From NCBI GenBank assembly GCA_024641735.1, contig JAHECN010000001.1, positions 1,036 to 65,035 of the forward strand: 64,000 nt of DNA. Reading direction: 5' to 3'. Source of the stretch: Gemmatimonadota bacterium. Lineage in GTDB: Bacteria > Gemmatimonadota > Gemmatimonadetes > Gemmatimonadales > GWC2-71-9. The notes below the pieces were generated by a model. The model ran no database searches. It worked only from the letters and a program-made list of their open reading frames with translations, and was not told the origin of the DNA. Position 1 is the stretch's first letter. The number at the start of each line of letters is the position of its first letter. This document shows, in pieces, positions 28,519 to 39,796 of the stretch. Both the position numbers and the translations under genes were made by a program.

Positions 28519-28586
28519 CGGGTCGGGGAACGACCCGAGGAACTCGACCGGGAGCCGGGCGAGGGGCGATGTCTCAGTGGGTGTGG

Positions 28587-29846
28587 TCAGGCTTCCTTCT
28601 TCTGCCGCGGACGCTCTGTCACCACGAGGGGAGAGGCGCCGCTGGCGATCGCCTCCGGTGTGATGATCACTTCCCGCACATCGTGCCGGGAAGGAAGATC
28701 GAACATGATATCGGTCATCACCGACTCGAGAATGGCACGGAGCCCTCGGGCGCCGGTCTTCCGGGTGATGGCCTTGCGCGCGGTTTCGCGCAGCGCCTGC
28801 GGATCGAAGGTCAGGCCGACCCCTTCAAGCTCGAAGATCCGGTGATACTGCTTCGTCAGCGCGTTCTTCGGCTCGGTCAAGATCCGCACGAGGGCGTCTT
28901 CGTCCAAGGACTCGAGCGGGACCAGTACCGGGAGTCGGCCGACCAGTTCCGGGATGATCCCGTAGTGGAGCAGGTCATCGGGTTCGACGGCGGCGTAGCC
29001 GATCTTCGCTGGCCCGTTCGTCGCCTCTTCGGTCGCCTCGGCCCGATGCGCGAAGCCGATCGTCTGCCGCCCCAACCGGGATTCAATCAGCTTCTCGAGC
29101 CCGTCAAAGGCGCCACCGCAGATGAACAGGATGTCCTTGGTGTTGATCTGGATGTATTCCTGCTGCGGATGCTTGCGCCCCCCCTGCGGGGGCACACTCG
29201 CCACGGTGCCCTCGAGGATCTTCAGCAGCGCTTGCTGGACCCCTTCGCCCGAGACATCCCTTGTAATGGACGGGTTCTCGGACTTCCGGGCAATCTTGTC
29301 AATTTCATCGATGTAGACGATGCCACGCTCGCACTCGGCCACATTGAAGTCGCCGGCCTGCAACAGCCGCACCAGGATGTTCTCGACATCCTCACCGACA
29401 TAGCCTGCCTCAGTCAGCGTCGTGGCATCGGCGATGGTGAACGGCACGTCGAGGATCCGGGCGAGCGTCTGCGCGAGCAGCGTCTTTCCCGTACCCGTCG
29501 GCCCGAGGATGAGGATGTTCGACTTCTCGAGCTCGACGTCGCCGGCTTCGCGGGGGCCCGCGGTGATCCGCCGATAGTGGTTGTAGACGGCGACCGCGAG
29601 TGATCGCTTGGCCTGCTCCTGCCCGACCACATATTCGTCGAGGGTCGCCTTGATTTCCTGTGGGGTCGGAACGGTCCGCTGGGATTCGGTAACCTCACGC
29701 TCTTCGTCCTCGGCGAGGATTTCGTTGCAGAGCGTGATGCATTCATTGCAGATGTACACCGACGGGCCGGAGATGAATTTCCGGACCGAATCCTTGCTCT
29801 TGCCGCAGAAACTGCAGCGGAGGTGCTTGTCGTTGGACATCGGCAA
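28587..29846 (-). CDS. clpX: ATP-dependent Clp protease ATP-binding subunit ClpX
   Basis: N-terminal zinc ribbon CSFCGKS…CNEC, Walker A GPTGTGKT and Walker B VYIDEIDK. 419 aa. Confidence 0.97.
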   Translation of the reverse strand: MPMSNDKHLRCSFCGKSKDSVRKFISGPSVYICNECITLCNEILAEDEEREVTESQRTVPTPQEIKATLDEYVVGQEQAKRSLAVAVYNHYRRITAGPREAGDVELEKSNILILGPTGTGKTLLAQTLARILDVPFTIADATTLTEAGYVGEDVENILVRLLQAGDFNVAECERGIVYIDEIDKIARKSENPSITRDVSGEGVQQALLKILEGTVASVPPQGGRKHPQQEYIQINTKDILFICGGAFDGLEKLIESRLGRQTIGFAHRAEATEEATNGPAKIGYAAVEPDDLLHYGIIPELVGRLPVLVPLESLDEDALVRILTEPKNALTKQYHRIFELEGVGLTFDPQALRETARKAITRKTGARGLRAILESVMTDIMFDLPSRHDVREVIITPEAIASGASPLVVTERPRQKKEA

Positions 29847-29871
29847 TTCCGGCGAAAGGTCCGGCGTGGCG

Positions 29872-29894
29872 GGCGCACCTTCTGAAGGTGCGCC
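29872..29894 (-). terminator. Intercistronic stem-loop between clpP and clpX (possible attenuator or partial terminator)
   Basis: ggcgcacctt / ctg / aaggtgcgcc forms a perfect 10-bp stem, 16 nt after the clpP stop. No U-tract. Confidence 0.35.
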
Positions 29895-29909
29895 GCGCGA
29901 CCGGACTGG

Positions 29910-30530
29910 TCAACCCGCGGTGGGTGCCTGCTCCACCTTGCGGGGGTGGAGGATCGTGTCGATCAATCCATACTCGACCGCTTCCTCCGCACTCATGAAT
30001 CGATCGCGTTCCATGTCGCGTTCGATCTGTTCCAGCGGCTGGCCCGTGTGCTTGGCGTACAACTCGTTCATCCGGCCGCGCAGATAAAGGATCTCGCGGG
30101 CCTGAATTTCAATGTCCGCGGCGGTGCCCTGCGTCCCACCGGAGGGCTGATGGATCATGATCCGGGAATGGGGCAGGGCCGCCCGCTTCCCCTTGGTGCC
30201 CGCCGCCAGCAGGAACGAGCCCATCGAGGCCGCCATGCCCATGCAAATCGTGTTGATCGGCGCGCGCAGGTGCTGCATCGTGTCGTAGATCGCCATTCCG
30301 CTTGAGACGATTCCGCCCGGAGAGTTCAGGTAGACATAGATGTCCTTCTCGGGATTGTCGGCCTCGAGAAAGAGCAGCTGCGCGATGATGATGTTGGCCA
30401 CATTGTCGTCGATTCCTGCGCCAAGGAAGACGATGCGGTCCATCAGCAAGCGCGAGAAGATGTCATACGTCCGCTCACCGCGAGCAGACTTCTCGATGAT
30501 GTACGGTGGATAGATCGCTGCGTGGGTCAC
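29910..30530 (-). CDS. clpP: ATP-dependent Clp protease proteolytic subunit
   Basis: 206 aa. GMAASMGS (active Ser) and IMIHQP (His) motifs. Confidence 0.97.
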   Translation of the reverse strand: MTHAAIYPPYIIEKSARGERTYDIFSRLLMDRIVFLGAGIDDNVANIIIAQLLFLEADNPEKDIYVYLNSPGGIVSSGMAIYDTMQHLRAPINTICMGMAASMGSFLLAAGTKGKRAALPHSRIMIHQPSGGTQGTAADIEIQAREILYLRGRMNELYAKHTGQPLEQIERDMERDRFMSAEEAVEYGLIDTILHPRKVEQAPTAG

Positions 30531-31783
30531 GCCGCGCCCTCCGTGACAGTGGATTGAGCGAGAAGCCAGGCGAAGGTCTTCTCCTCAGTAATGGTCCGCT
30601 CCAGCTCGCCCAGCCGCTTCGACTGCTGCAAGGAGGCGTAGAGCTTCCCCGGTTCCATGCCGCGCGTGGCTGCCAATTCGGCCACCCGTGCGTCGAGGTC
30701 CTCTTCGGTTGCGTGCAGGTTCTGGGCCGTTGCGACGGCATCGAGGACCAATTCCCGCCGAACCTGCGATTCCGCGATCGGCTGGAACGACGTCGCGAAC
30801 GTTTCAAATTGCTCCTTCGGGATCTGGTACCCTTCCGCATAGGCATGCAGCAGGCGATGGACCAGCGAGTTCGGCGCGGGGACTGCGTTCGCCTCGACGA
30901 TCTTCTGGGTCAGCTGTTCCCGGACAGCTTGCTCGGCTGACCGGGTCGCGTCTGCCGTCACATCTTCCCGGACCCGGGCCGTGAGGGCCTCGGCGGAGTC
31001 GAAATCGCCCAATTCACGGGCAAAGGCATCATCCAACACCGGAAGATCCTGCGCCTTCACCTCGTGGAGGGTGACCGAGACGCGTCGGGCCTGCCCGCGG
31101 CGGGCCTCGTCCGGGTGGTCCTCAGGGAAGCGGACGTCGCCCTCAGCGGTGGTTCCAGGCGTGAGCGTGAGGATCAACTCCTCGAGGTCCGGGATGGTCT
31201 CGCCCTCGCCAATCACCAACGAGTACGGCTGTCCAGCCTCGGCCTCAACTCCTTCCTGAATCGTGGTCACACTGATGGAGACGAGATTGCCCGGCGAAGG
31301 TTGCACGCCGTCAAGCGGGGTCCAGGTGGCTTTCTGCTCGCGCAGCCGGTTCAACTGCTCGGTGACCATCTCCTCCGTCACCTCAACCGGCGGACGGGTC
31401 ACGGTGAAGCCACCGGTCGTTGTCAGGGTCAGCTCCGGGCGCACCTCCACCAGCACCTCGAACGTCAAGGGCTGCTCCGGCTCGTAGCTGACCGAGCGGA
31501 TCTGGGGATCCGACGTCGGCTTGAGGTCGGCCTCCTTCAGGATCAGCTCCCACCCTTGGCGGAGCGAATCCTCGAGGACCCAGCGCTTGATCTCCTGCTC
31601 AAAGCGCCGGCGGACCACGGCCTCGGGGGCGTGTCCTTTCCGGAAGCCTGGGAGCCGGACCTGGCGGGCGTATTCCTTGATCGCGCGGCGTTCCGCGTCG
31701 GCAAGGCGTTCGAGGGGGACGGTCACTTCCATGGTCTTGGACGCGACATCTTCGGCGGCGAGGCGGTACGTGATCTCAGTCAT
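30527..31783 (-). CDS. tig: Trigger factor
   Basis: 418 aa. N-terminal ribosome-binding-type region (…GFRKGHAP…) and the conserved tig-clpP-clpX order. Overlaps the clpP start by 4 nt. Confidence 0.92.
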   Translation of the reverse strand: MTEITYRLAAEDVASKTMEVTVPLERLADAERRAIKEYARQVRLPGFRKGHAPEAVVRRRFEQEIKRWVLEDSLRQGWELILKEADLKPTSDPQIRSVSYEPEQPLTFEVLVEVRPELTLTTTGGFTVTRPPVEVTEEMVTEQLNRLREQKATWTPLDGVQPSPGNLVSISVTTIQEGVEAEAGQPYSLVIGEGETIPDLEELILTLTPGTTAEGDVRFPEDHPDEARRGQARRVSVTLHEVKAQDLPVLDDAFARELGDFDSAEALTARVREDVTADATRSAEQAVREQLTQKIVEANAVPAPNSLVHRLLHAYAEGYQIPKEQFETFATSFQPIAESQVRRELVLDAVATAQNLHATEEDLDARVAELAATRGMEPGKLYASLQQSKRLGELERTITEEKTFAWLLAQSTVTEGAA

Positions 31784-31882
31784 AGCCCGACAAGTTACTT
31801 GGCGCGTGGTAGGGGGGTCAATTCAGGGGTTGGCTTTCTCTCCTACTTGACCTGTGGGCTCGGGGAGCGGTTCTTTGGGGAA

Positions 31883-32263
31883 ATGGCCAATATTCTGGTA
31901 GTAGACGATGATCCCGCGATGCGGCGCGCCGTGCGGATGCTCTTCGAGCGGCGCGGCCACGACGTCGGGGAGGCCGCCTCGGCAACTGAGGCCCTCGAGC
32001 TGATCAACAGCGACGCCTCGCCCGACGCGGTCGTCTGCGATGTCTTGATGCCGGGAATGAACGGGCTGGAGCTCTATCGTCGGATCGTGGAGGCGTCGCC
32101 TGGCCTCAAGGACCGTGTCGTTTTCCTGACCGGGGCCAATCGTGACCCGGCCGTGCATTTGCCGATCGAACAGCTCGGCGTCCCGTTGCTCGGAAAGCTC
32201 GACGACCTCGAGCTGGTCGTCGACGCGGTGCGCATCGCCCTGCTTCACCCCCCGATTCACTGA
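31883..32263 (+). CDS. Stand-alone response-regulator receiver protein
   Basis: ATG at 31883 gives MANILVVDDDPAMRR…VVCDVLMPGMNG…, with no output domain. 126 aa. Confidence 0.85.
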   Translation: MANILVVDDDPAMRRAVRMLFERRGHDVGEAASATEALELINSDASPDAVVCDVLMPGMNGLELYRRIVEASPGLKDRVVFLTGANRDPAVHLPIEQLGVPLLGKLDDLELVVDAVRIALLHPPIH

Positions 32264-32312
32264 TCGCCAGCGCGGGCCATCGCGCTGTACCCTCCCTGCA
32301 GGGGTCCCAAAG

Positions 32313-33980
32313 ATGACCAATCGTTCACTGCTCCTCGCCATGCTTGTCCTCTTGGCGGGGAGCGCATCGGCGCAGACGCCTCGTGGGTTCACCCATGCCG
32401 ACACGCTTCGCGGCACCGATGGTCCCGGACGGAGCTGGTGGGACGTGGTGTTCTACGATCTCCATGTCGTGGTCTCGCCCGCTGATAGCACCATCGCTGG
32501 GCGGAACGGCATCACCTATCGCGTGACGCGAGCCCGGCAGGAGATGCAGATCGATTTGCAGGTGCCACTCGCCGTGGACAGCATCACGCAGGACGGACGG
32601 GCGCTTCGATTCCGTCGTGATGGGAATGCGTTCTTCGTCACGACCACGGCGCCGCAGCCGATCGGATCGACCAAGATTGTCACGGTCTTCTATCACGGAC
32701 ACCCGCGTGCCGCGGTGAACCCGCCGTGGGACGGTGGCCTGATCTGGAAGAAAGACTCGCTGGGACGCGCCTTCATCGCGACGGCGAATCAGGGGCTCGG
32801 CGCCTCCGTCTGGTGGCCGAACAAGGACTACGCCGGCGATGAACCCGACTCCCAGCGCGTGGCGATCACCGTGCCCGACCCGATGGTCAACGTGTCCAAC
32901 GGCCGGCTTCGGAGCGTACGCGCCAACGGCGACGGTACCACGACGTGGGAATGGTTCGTGACCGCGCCGATCAACAACTACGGCATCGCCATCAACGCGG
33001 GTACCTACGCACACTGGAGCGAAGTCTTTGAGGGCGAACGCGGTCCCCTCACGCTCGATTTCTGGCCACTCGCCATTCACGCCGACACGGCCCGCGTGCA
33101 GTGGCAACAGGCGCGGCCGATGATTGCCTGCTTCGAACACTGGTTCGGTCCGTATCCCTGGTATGAGGACGGCTACAAGCTCGTCGAAGCGCCGCACCTC
33201 GGCATGGAACACCAGAGCGCCGTCGCGTACGGCAACGGCTTCAAGAACGGCTACCGCGGCCGTGATCTCTCCGGCACCGGCCTCGGCTTGAAGTGGGACT
33301 TCATCACCGTGCACGAGAGCGCGCATGAATGGTTCGCCAACAATATCACCGCCAAGGACCAGGCGGACATGTGGGTGCATGAGTCGTTCGCGAACTATGC
33401 GGAAGGACTCTACACCGAGTGTCAGCAGGGCAAGGCGGCAGGCGCGGAGTATGTGATTGGCACCCGTACCGGCATCAAGAATGATCGCCCGATCATTCCG
33501 GCGCGCGGTGTCAACGCGCAGGGCTCCGGTGACATGTACCCGAAGGGCGGGAACATGTTGCACATGATCCGAGAGATCCTGGACGACGACGATGCTTGGC
33601 GCGACATCTTGCGTGGATTGGGCAGCACCTTCCGCCACCAAACGGTCACCGGTCAACAGGTGCGCGACTACATCGCGAAGGGCGTGCGTGAGCGGTTTCC
33701 CGCGGCGCACCTGGAGCCGATCTTCCAGCAGTACCTCGAAACGACCATGATTCCGACCCTCCACTTGGAGCAGCGTGCCGAAGGCGTCGCCTACAAGTGG
33801 AGCGACGTGGTGCCAGGGTTTGACCCCTTGCTCCAATATGCGGATAAGGCGAATCCGGATCTCACGCTCCGCCTCGGTGCCGCGACGGAATGGCAGCTCC
33901 TCCGGCCGAAGGTTCAGCTGGATGACATCGCCATCAGCCCGAACTACTACATCAAGGTGGTCCGGACCAAGGCCCCATGA
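32313..33980 (+). CDS. Secreted M1-family zinc aminopeptidase-like protein
   Basis: ATG at 32313 gives the signal peptide MTNRSLLLAMLVLLAGSASAQ. Carries HESAHEWFAN (HExxH) and a downstream WVHESFANY glutamate. Confidence 0.85.
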   Translation: MTNRSLLLAMLVLLAGSASAQTPRGFTHADTLRGTDGPGRSWWDVVFYDLHVVVSPADSTIAGRNGITYRVTRARQEMQIDLQVPLAVDSITQDGRALRFRRDGNAFFVTTTAPQPIGSTKIVTVFYHGHPRAAVNPPWDGGLIWKKDSLGRAFIATANQGLGASVWWPNKDYAGDEPDSQRVAITVPDPMVNVSNGRLRSVRANGDGTTTWEWFVTAPINNYGIAINAGTYAHWSEVFEGERGPLTLDFWPLAIHADTARVQWQQARPMIACFEHWFGPYPWYEDGYKLVEAPHLGMEHQSAVAYGNGFKNGYRGRDLSGTGLGLKWDFITVHESAHEWFANNITAKDQADMWVHESFANYAEGLYTECQQGKAAGAEYVIGTRTGIKNDRPIIPARGVNAQGSGDMYPKGGNMLHMIREILDDDDAWRDILRGLGSTFRHQTVTGQQVRDYIAKGVRERFPAAHLEPIFQQYLETTMIPTLHLEQRAEGVAYKWSDVVPGFDPLLQYADKANPDLTLRLGAATEWQLLRPKVQLDDIAISPNYYIKVVRTKAP

Positions 33981-34010
33981 TCGCTTCCCATCGCAGTTCC
34001 CGAGGATCTC

Positions 34011-35303
34011 ATGCTGATTAATCGTCGTCGGTTTTCTGGAATCCTCGCGGGCATGGTCGGTGGTGCCGCCGTCGGCTGCGCGCCGGCCGCGCCTGCGGAA
34101 GGGGGCGATGTTCCGGCCGATTCGAGTCAGCTCCCCGAGAGCGTTGCTGCACTCAAGCCGATGACGCCGGAGCCGGTCTTGATCACGCCTGCTGAACGGG
34201 AGAGTCGAGTCGAGCGAGCTCGGAAGTTCATGCGAGAGTCTCGACTCGACGCGCTGCTCATCGAGCCGGGCACGACGATGTCCTACTTCAGCGGCGTCAG
34301 TTGGGGTTTGTCCGAGCGCCCGTTCCTCGAACTGCTCCCGGCCTCGGGCGATGCCATCTGGGTCTGTCCCGGGTTCGAGGAGAGCCGTGCCCGCGAACTC
34401 GTCGGTGGCACGACCGAAGTGCGCGTCTGGCAGGAAGACGAGAGCCCGCATGCGTTGGTCGCCGCGGCACTGCGCGACCGCGGCATCATGACCGGACGGC
34501 TCGGTGTCGAGGAGCGTCTCCGCTTTTTCATCGCCGATGGCGTGCGTCGGGAAGCGCGAGGCGTGGAGTTGGTCGGCGCGGAGTCGGTGACGGCCGGCTG
34601 CCGAATGATCAAGAGCCCGGCCGAACTCGCCCTGATGCAGCGTGCCACCGATATCACCATCGCGGCCTTCCAGGCCGTGCTTCCCACGATGAAGCCAGGG
34701 ATGCTGAATACCGAACTGCGTGACCTCATGCAGACGGCGATGGAGCGGCTCGGGGGGACGGATACTTGGACGCTCGCGCTCTTCGGTGCGGCCTCGGCGA
34801 TTCCGCACGGCACCATCGAGCCGCAGCGACTCAAGGAAGGCGACACGGTGCTGGTCGATTCGGGATGCGATGTGGGAGGTTACCAATCGGATGTGACCCG
34901 CACGACCGTCTTCGGGAAGCCGTCCGCGCGGCAGACGGAAGTCTGGCAAACCGAACGTGCCGCGCAGGATGCGGCCTTCGCCGCCGCACAGGTCGGCGCG
35001 ACCTGCGACGCCGTGGATGCGGCCGCCCGGAAGGTCATCACGGATGCGGGCTTCGGGCCGGGGTACCAGCTACCGGGCACGCCGCACCGCACGGGGCACG
35101 GGATCGGGATGGATGGGCATGAGTGGACCAACTTCGTCCGCGGCAACATGACGCAGATTCGCCCCGGGATGTGCTTCAGCGACGAGCCAACGATCGCCAT
35201 CCCGGGTGAGTTCGGCATCCGCCTGGAGGATTGCCTCTACATCACCGAGGATGGGCCGCGCTTCTTTTCGCCCCAGTCCGAGGCGGTTGATCGGCCAGTG
35301 TAA
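34011..35303 (+). CDS. M24-family Xaa-Pro (amino)peptidase with a Tat-like signal
   Basis: N-terminal MLINRRRFSGILAG (twin-Arg), a creatinase-type N-domain, and the metal ligands HRTGHGIGMDGHE. Confidence 0.88.
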   Translation: MLINRRRFSGILAGMVGGAAVGCAPAAPAEGGDVPADSSQLPESVAALKPMTPEPVLITPAERESRVERARKFMRESRLDALLIEPGTTMSYFSGVSWGLSERPFLELLPASGDAIWVCPGFEESRARELVGGTTEVRVWQEDESPHALVAAALRDRGIMTGRLGVEERLRFFIADGVRREARGVELVGAESVTAGCRMIKSPAELALMQRATDITIAAFQAVLPTMKPGMLNTELRDLMQTAMERLGGTDTWTLALFGAASAIPHGTIEPQRLKEGDTVLVDSGCDVGGYQSDVTRTTVFGKPSARQTEVWQTERAAQDAAFAAAQVGATCDAVDAAARKVITDAGFGPGYQLPGTPHRTGHGIGMDGHEWTNFVRGNMTQIRPGMCFSDEPTIAIPGEFGIRLEDCLYITEDGPRFFSPQSEAVDRPV

Positions 35304-35355
35304 GCACCGGGCCCCATGGGTGGCCGAATGGCAGGCGGTGTGTCGAGCGAGGAGA

Positions 35356-35437
35356 TGCGAGCGCCGGGAGTCGAACCCGGACGGGTTTCCCCACAGGATC
35401 CTAAGTCCTGCGCGTCTGCCAGTTCCGCCACGCTCGC
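35356..35437 (-). tRNA. tRNA-Leu: tRNA-Leu (anticodon TAG), class II with a long variable arm; CCA not encoded
   Basis: The reverse complement is GCGAGCGTGGCGGAACTGGCAGACGCGCAGGACTTAGGATCCTGTGGGGAAACCCGTCCGGGTTCGACTCCCGGCGCTCGCA. The acceptor stem GCGAGCG/CGCTCGC pairs. The anticodon stem is CAGGA/TCCTG with loop CTTAGGA, and the T-loop is GGTTCGACTCC. Confidence 0.9.
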
Positions 35438-35537
35438 TGATTCGGGGGAAGCTAACCGCCGAGCTATCCCCTTTCCACGTCCGGCCGATCTGTGGCTATC
35501 TTACAGCCCAGTTCACTTCAGCTCTCCGAGGATCCGC

Positions 35538-35885
35538 GTGACGCAAGGTTGGCAATCCCGGGCCATTGTGGCCCTCTGTGGCAGCATCATCCTGACCGCC
35601 TGTGGCGACAGCCGCCTCGACAAGCTGTCGGCCAATATCTCCAAGGACAGCGTCGCGGTCATCATGAAGACCGATTCGCCCCATTCGGCGGCCTCGTACC
35701 TGACCAACGGCCAGCTCTGGGAGATCCAGTTCTACACCCGCAAGGAAGTCGCCCTCACCGATTCGGTGGATTGGCGCGACATGAGCCCGGTGGTCTTCTC
35801 GGATGGGCATGTGGCGGGCTGGGGCTGGAACTACTGGGAGAAGGAAGCCGCGACGCTGCAGATCCCGATGCCGCCGAAGAAGTAG
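35538..35885 (+). CDS. Hypothetical small lipoprotein
   Basis: GTG at 35538 gives (M)TQGWQSRAIVALCGSIILTAC with lipobox LTAC. The upstream part of track ORF 35316-35885 overlaps the tRNA and is rejected. Confidence 0.6.
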   Translation: MTQGWQSRAIVALCGSIILTACGDSRLDKLSANISKDSVAVIMKTDSPHSAASYLTNGQLWEIQFYTRKEVALTDSVDWRDMSPVVFSDGHVAGWGWNYWEKEAATLQIPMPPKK

Positions 35886-35887
35886 AC

Positions 35888-35995
35888 GGAGAACAGAGAA
35901 CAGAGAACCGAAAAAACCGAGGGGTGAAGGGTCAGGGGTTGTTCCCCCTCACTCCTCACCCCTCACTCGTGTCCGTTCTCTGTTCTCTGTTCTCC
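35888..35995. repeat. Heptad-built nested hairpin H4 between convergent lipoprotein and htrA genes
   Basis: The outer arms, GGAGAAC AGAGAAC AGAGAAC (35888-35908) and gttctctgttctctgttctcc (35975-35995), are perfect 21-nt reverse complements. The inner arms are cGAGGGGT GAAGGGT CAGGGG (35918-35938) and ccccctcactcctcacccctcactcg (35944-35969), around the loop ttgtt. The arms start 2 nt from each flanking stop codon. Confidence 0.85.
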
Positions 35996-35997
35996 AG

Positions 35998-37566
<1,569 letters not shown>

Positions 37567-37646
37567 CGCTGAATTCCAAGGTAGATGGCCTGCAGGCCGG
37601 GAATCACGTATGAACCCGGCCGATCATGTACTGCATAATACTCGGA

Positions 37647-37673
37647 TGCGCGACCGAAAGATTCGGTCGCGCA
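37647..37673 (-). terminator. Candidate dnaK terminator stem-loop
   Basis: tgcgcgaccgaa / aga / ttcggtcgcgca forms a 12-bp perfect stem, 16 nt after the dnaK stop. On the minus strand it is followed by TCCGAGTATTATG. Confidence 0.55.
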
Positions 37674-37689
37674 CCCGGTGTGTCGCCAA

Positions 37690-39600
37690 CTACTCCTTCG
37701 GCGTGTCGTCGACGATCTCGTAATCCGCCTCGACCGCGTCGTCCTTTGGTGGCGCCGCTTCGCCCTCGGTGCCCATCGGGGCCTCGGGTTCACCCGAGGG
37801 GGCGTTCTGGTACAGCGAGGCCCCGGCGGCCGAGTAGGCGACGTTCAGTTCGTCCAAGGCCGAGCGGATCTTTTCCTGATCCCCGACCCGGAGCGCCTCC
37901 TTGCCCACCTCGACAGCCTTGTCGAGGCGTTCCTTCACGTCGGCCGCGAGGCGATCGATCCACTCCTTGGAGTCCTTCTCGACCTTGTACACCAAGCCGT
38001 CGAGCTGGTTGCGGGCCTCAATCTGCTCGCGCCGCTCCTGGTCCTCCTTGGCGTTCGACTCGGCCTGCTTCACCATGTTGTCGATGTCGGCATCGGACAG
38101 GCCACCCGCCGCCTCAATCCGGATCTTCTGCTCCTTGCCGCTCGCCTTGTCCTTGGCCGAGACGTGGAGGATGCCGTTGGCGTCGATGTCGAACGTGACC
38201 TCGACCTGCGGCATGCCGCGCGGAGCGGGCGGGATCCCCGTCAGCTGGAACTTGCCGATCGTCCGGTTGTCGGCGGCCATCTGCCGTTCACCCTGGAGCA
38301 CGTGAATCTCGACCGTGGTCTGGTTGTCTTCGGCAGTGCTGAAGACTTCCGACTTCTTGGTCGGGATCGTTGTGTTCCGCGGGATGAGCACCGTGCCCAC
38401 GCCGCCGAGCGTTTCGATACCGAGCGAGAGCGGCGTGACGTCGAGGAGCAGGACATCCTTGACCTCGCCGCCGAGCACGCCGCCCTGAATGGCGGCGCCG
38501 ATGCCGACGACTTCGTCCGGGTTGACTGAGCGATTCGGCTCCTTGCCGAAGAATTCCTTGACGATCTCCTGAATCTTCGGGATCCGCGTCGATCCACCGA
38601 CCAGAATGACTTCGTCGATTTCGCTCGGCTTGAGGCCTGCATCCTTCAGCGCCATTTCCATCGGCGGGATACACCGCTTGATCAGGTCCTCGACCAACTG
38701 CTCGAACTTGGCGCGGGTGAGCGTCAGGTTGAGGTGCTTCGGCCCAGAGGCGTCTGCGGTGATGAATGGCAGGTTGACGTCGGTCTGCGTGGTGCTGGAG
38801 AGCTCCATCTTGGCCTTTTCGGCCGCTTCCTTGAGCCGCTGCAGCGCCATTGCGTCCTTCGACAGATCGATCCCCTGATCCTTCTTGAACTCCGCGACCA
38901 GCCAATCAATGAGGCGCTGGTCAAAGTCATCGCCGCCGAGGTGGGTATCACCGTTGGTGCTCTTCACCTCGAAGACACCCTCGGCCAATTCGAGGACCGA
39001 GATGTCGTAGGTGCCGCCGCCGAGGTCGAACACGGCGATCTTCTCGTCCTTCTTCTTCTCGAGGCCGTAGGCGAGCGCCGCCGCCGTAGGCTCATTGATG
39101 ATTCGGAGCACTTCGAGCCCGGCGATCTTGCCCGCGTCCTTGGTGGCCTGACGCTGCGCGTCGTTGAAGTACGCCGGCACCGTGATGACTGCCTTGTCCA
39201 CCGTGTGGCCGAGGTAATCCTCTGCGGTCTGCTTCATCTTCTGGAGGATCATCGCCGAGATTTCAGGCGGGGTGTACTTCTTTCCCTGGATTTCGACGGC
39301 GGCCAACCCATTGGCGCCGTCCGCCACCGGGTACGGGACGCGCGAGGCCTCTTCCTTCACTTCGGCCGCGCGGCGGCCCATGAAGCGCTTGATCGAGAAG
39401 ATGGTCTGCTTGGGGTTGGTGACGGCCTGGCGCTTGGCGACCTGACCAACCAGGCGCTCGCCGTCCTTCGTGAACGCCACAACCGACGGCGTGGTGCGCC
39501 CGCCTTCGGCGTTCGGGATGACGACGGGATCGCCTCCCTCCATGACGGACACCACCGAGTTGGTGGTGCCGAGGTCGATCCCAATAATCTTCGAGGCCAT
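37690..39600 (-). CDS. dnaK: Molecular chaperone DnaK (Hsp70)
   Basis: 636 aa. [18 protein letters not shown]-like [10 protein letters not shown] and [11 protein letters not shown] motifs. Confidence 0.98.
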   Translation of the reverse strand: MASKIIGIDLGTTNSVVSVMEGGDPVVIPNAEGGRTTPSVVAFTKDGERLVGQVAKRQAVTNPKQTIFSIKRFMGRRAAEVKEEASRVPYPVADGANGLAAVEIQGKKYTPPEISAMILQKMKQTAEDYLGHTVDKAVITVPAYFNDAQRQATKDAGKIAGLEVLRIINEPTAAALAYGLEKKKDEKIAVFDLGGGTYDISVLELAEGVFEVKSTNGDTHLGGDDFDQRLIDWLVAEFKKDQGIDLSKDAMALQRLKEAAEKAKMELSSTTQTDVNLPFITADASGPKHLNLTLTRAKFEQLVEDLIKRCIPPMEMALKDAGLKPSEIDEVILVGGSTRIPKIQEIVKEFFGKEPNRSVNPDEVVGIGAAIQGGVLGGEVKDVLLLDVTPLSLGIETLGGVGTVLIPRNTTIPTKKSEVFSTAEDNQTTVEIHVLQGERQMAADNRTIGKFQLTGIPPAPRGMPQVEVTFDIDANGILHVSAKDKASGKEQKIRIEAAGGLSDADIDNMVKQAESNAKEDQERREQIEARNQLDGLVYKVEKDSKEWIDRLAADVKERLDKAVEVGKEALRVGDQEKIRSALDELNVAYSAAGASLYQNAPSGEPEAPMGTEGEAAPPKDDAVEADYEIVDDTPKE

Positions 39601-39711
39601 GTCCGCTCCTGGTCCGTCGGCGTCAAAATGGCGCCCAGGCGAATCCCGGGCGCTGTTACGCCTTCAGAAGGGCAATGGTCGTACCGGGATTGACTGCCGG
39701 AATGGCAGGGC

Positions 39712-39795
39712 AAGGAGAGAGGAGAAACGAGAAAGGAGAGAGGAGGGAGCCAGAAGTCAGCGGCTCTTCTCTCCTTTCTCCTCTCTCTTCCCTCC
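39712..39795. repeat. Heptad-built hairpin H5 (polypurine/polypyrimidine type)
   Basis: The left arm is AAGGAGA GAGGAGA AACGAGA AAGGAGA GAGGAGG GAG (39712-39749), with loop ccagaagtcagcgg. The right arm is ctcttctctcctttctcctctctcttccctcc (39764-39795). Complementarity is imperfect purine:pyrimidine pairing. The element ends 1 nt before the stop of the BNR-repeat gene (39797). Confidence 0.65.
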
Positions 39796-39796
39796 G

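Noticed and set aside
28519-28537. Short stem-loop cgggtcg/gggaa/cgacccg immediately upstream of the engB start
   Set aside because: A 7-bp stem in GC-rich DNA is expected by chance. Its position is ambiguous (50 nt after the clpX stop, abutting the engB start), so it is not reported as a feature.
34204-34250. Perfect 11-bp inverted repeat GTCGAGTCGAG…CTCGACTCGAC carrying the GAGTCG motif, inside the M24 peptidase gene
   Set aside because: It encodes …SRVERARKFMRESRLD…, a region typical of the creatinase-type N-domain. GAG-TCG is simply Glu-Ser in the preferred codons. There is no heptad array, and it is not at a gene end.
35315-35350. Sequence ggtggccgaatggcaggcgg, which resembles a class-II tRNA D-arm on the plus strand beside the real tRNA-Leu
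   Set aside because: I could not build an acceptor stem, anticodon arm or T-arm around it. It is probably a chance resemblance. I also see no integrase or direct repeat of the tRNA 3' end that would indicate an integrated element.
35316-35537. N-terminal extension of ORF 35316-35885 (+)
   Set aside because: It runs straight across the tRNA-Leu gene (35356-35437) on the opposite strand. The lipoprotein signal peptide begins at GTG 35538.
39601-39711. Searched the dnaK upstream region for CIRCE (TTAGCACTC-N9-GAGTGCTAA) or a sigma-32-type promoter
   Set aside because: No CIRCE-like inverted repeat is present. CCCTTCTGAAGG…GGGATTCG is too weak a match to CTTGAA-N13-17-CCCCATNT to report.
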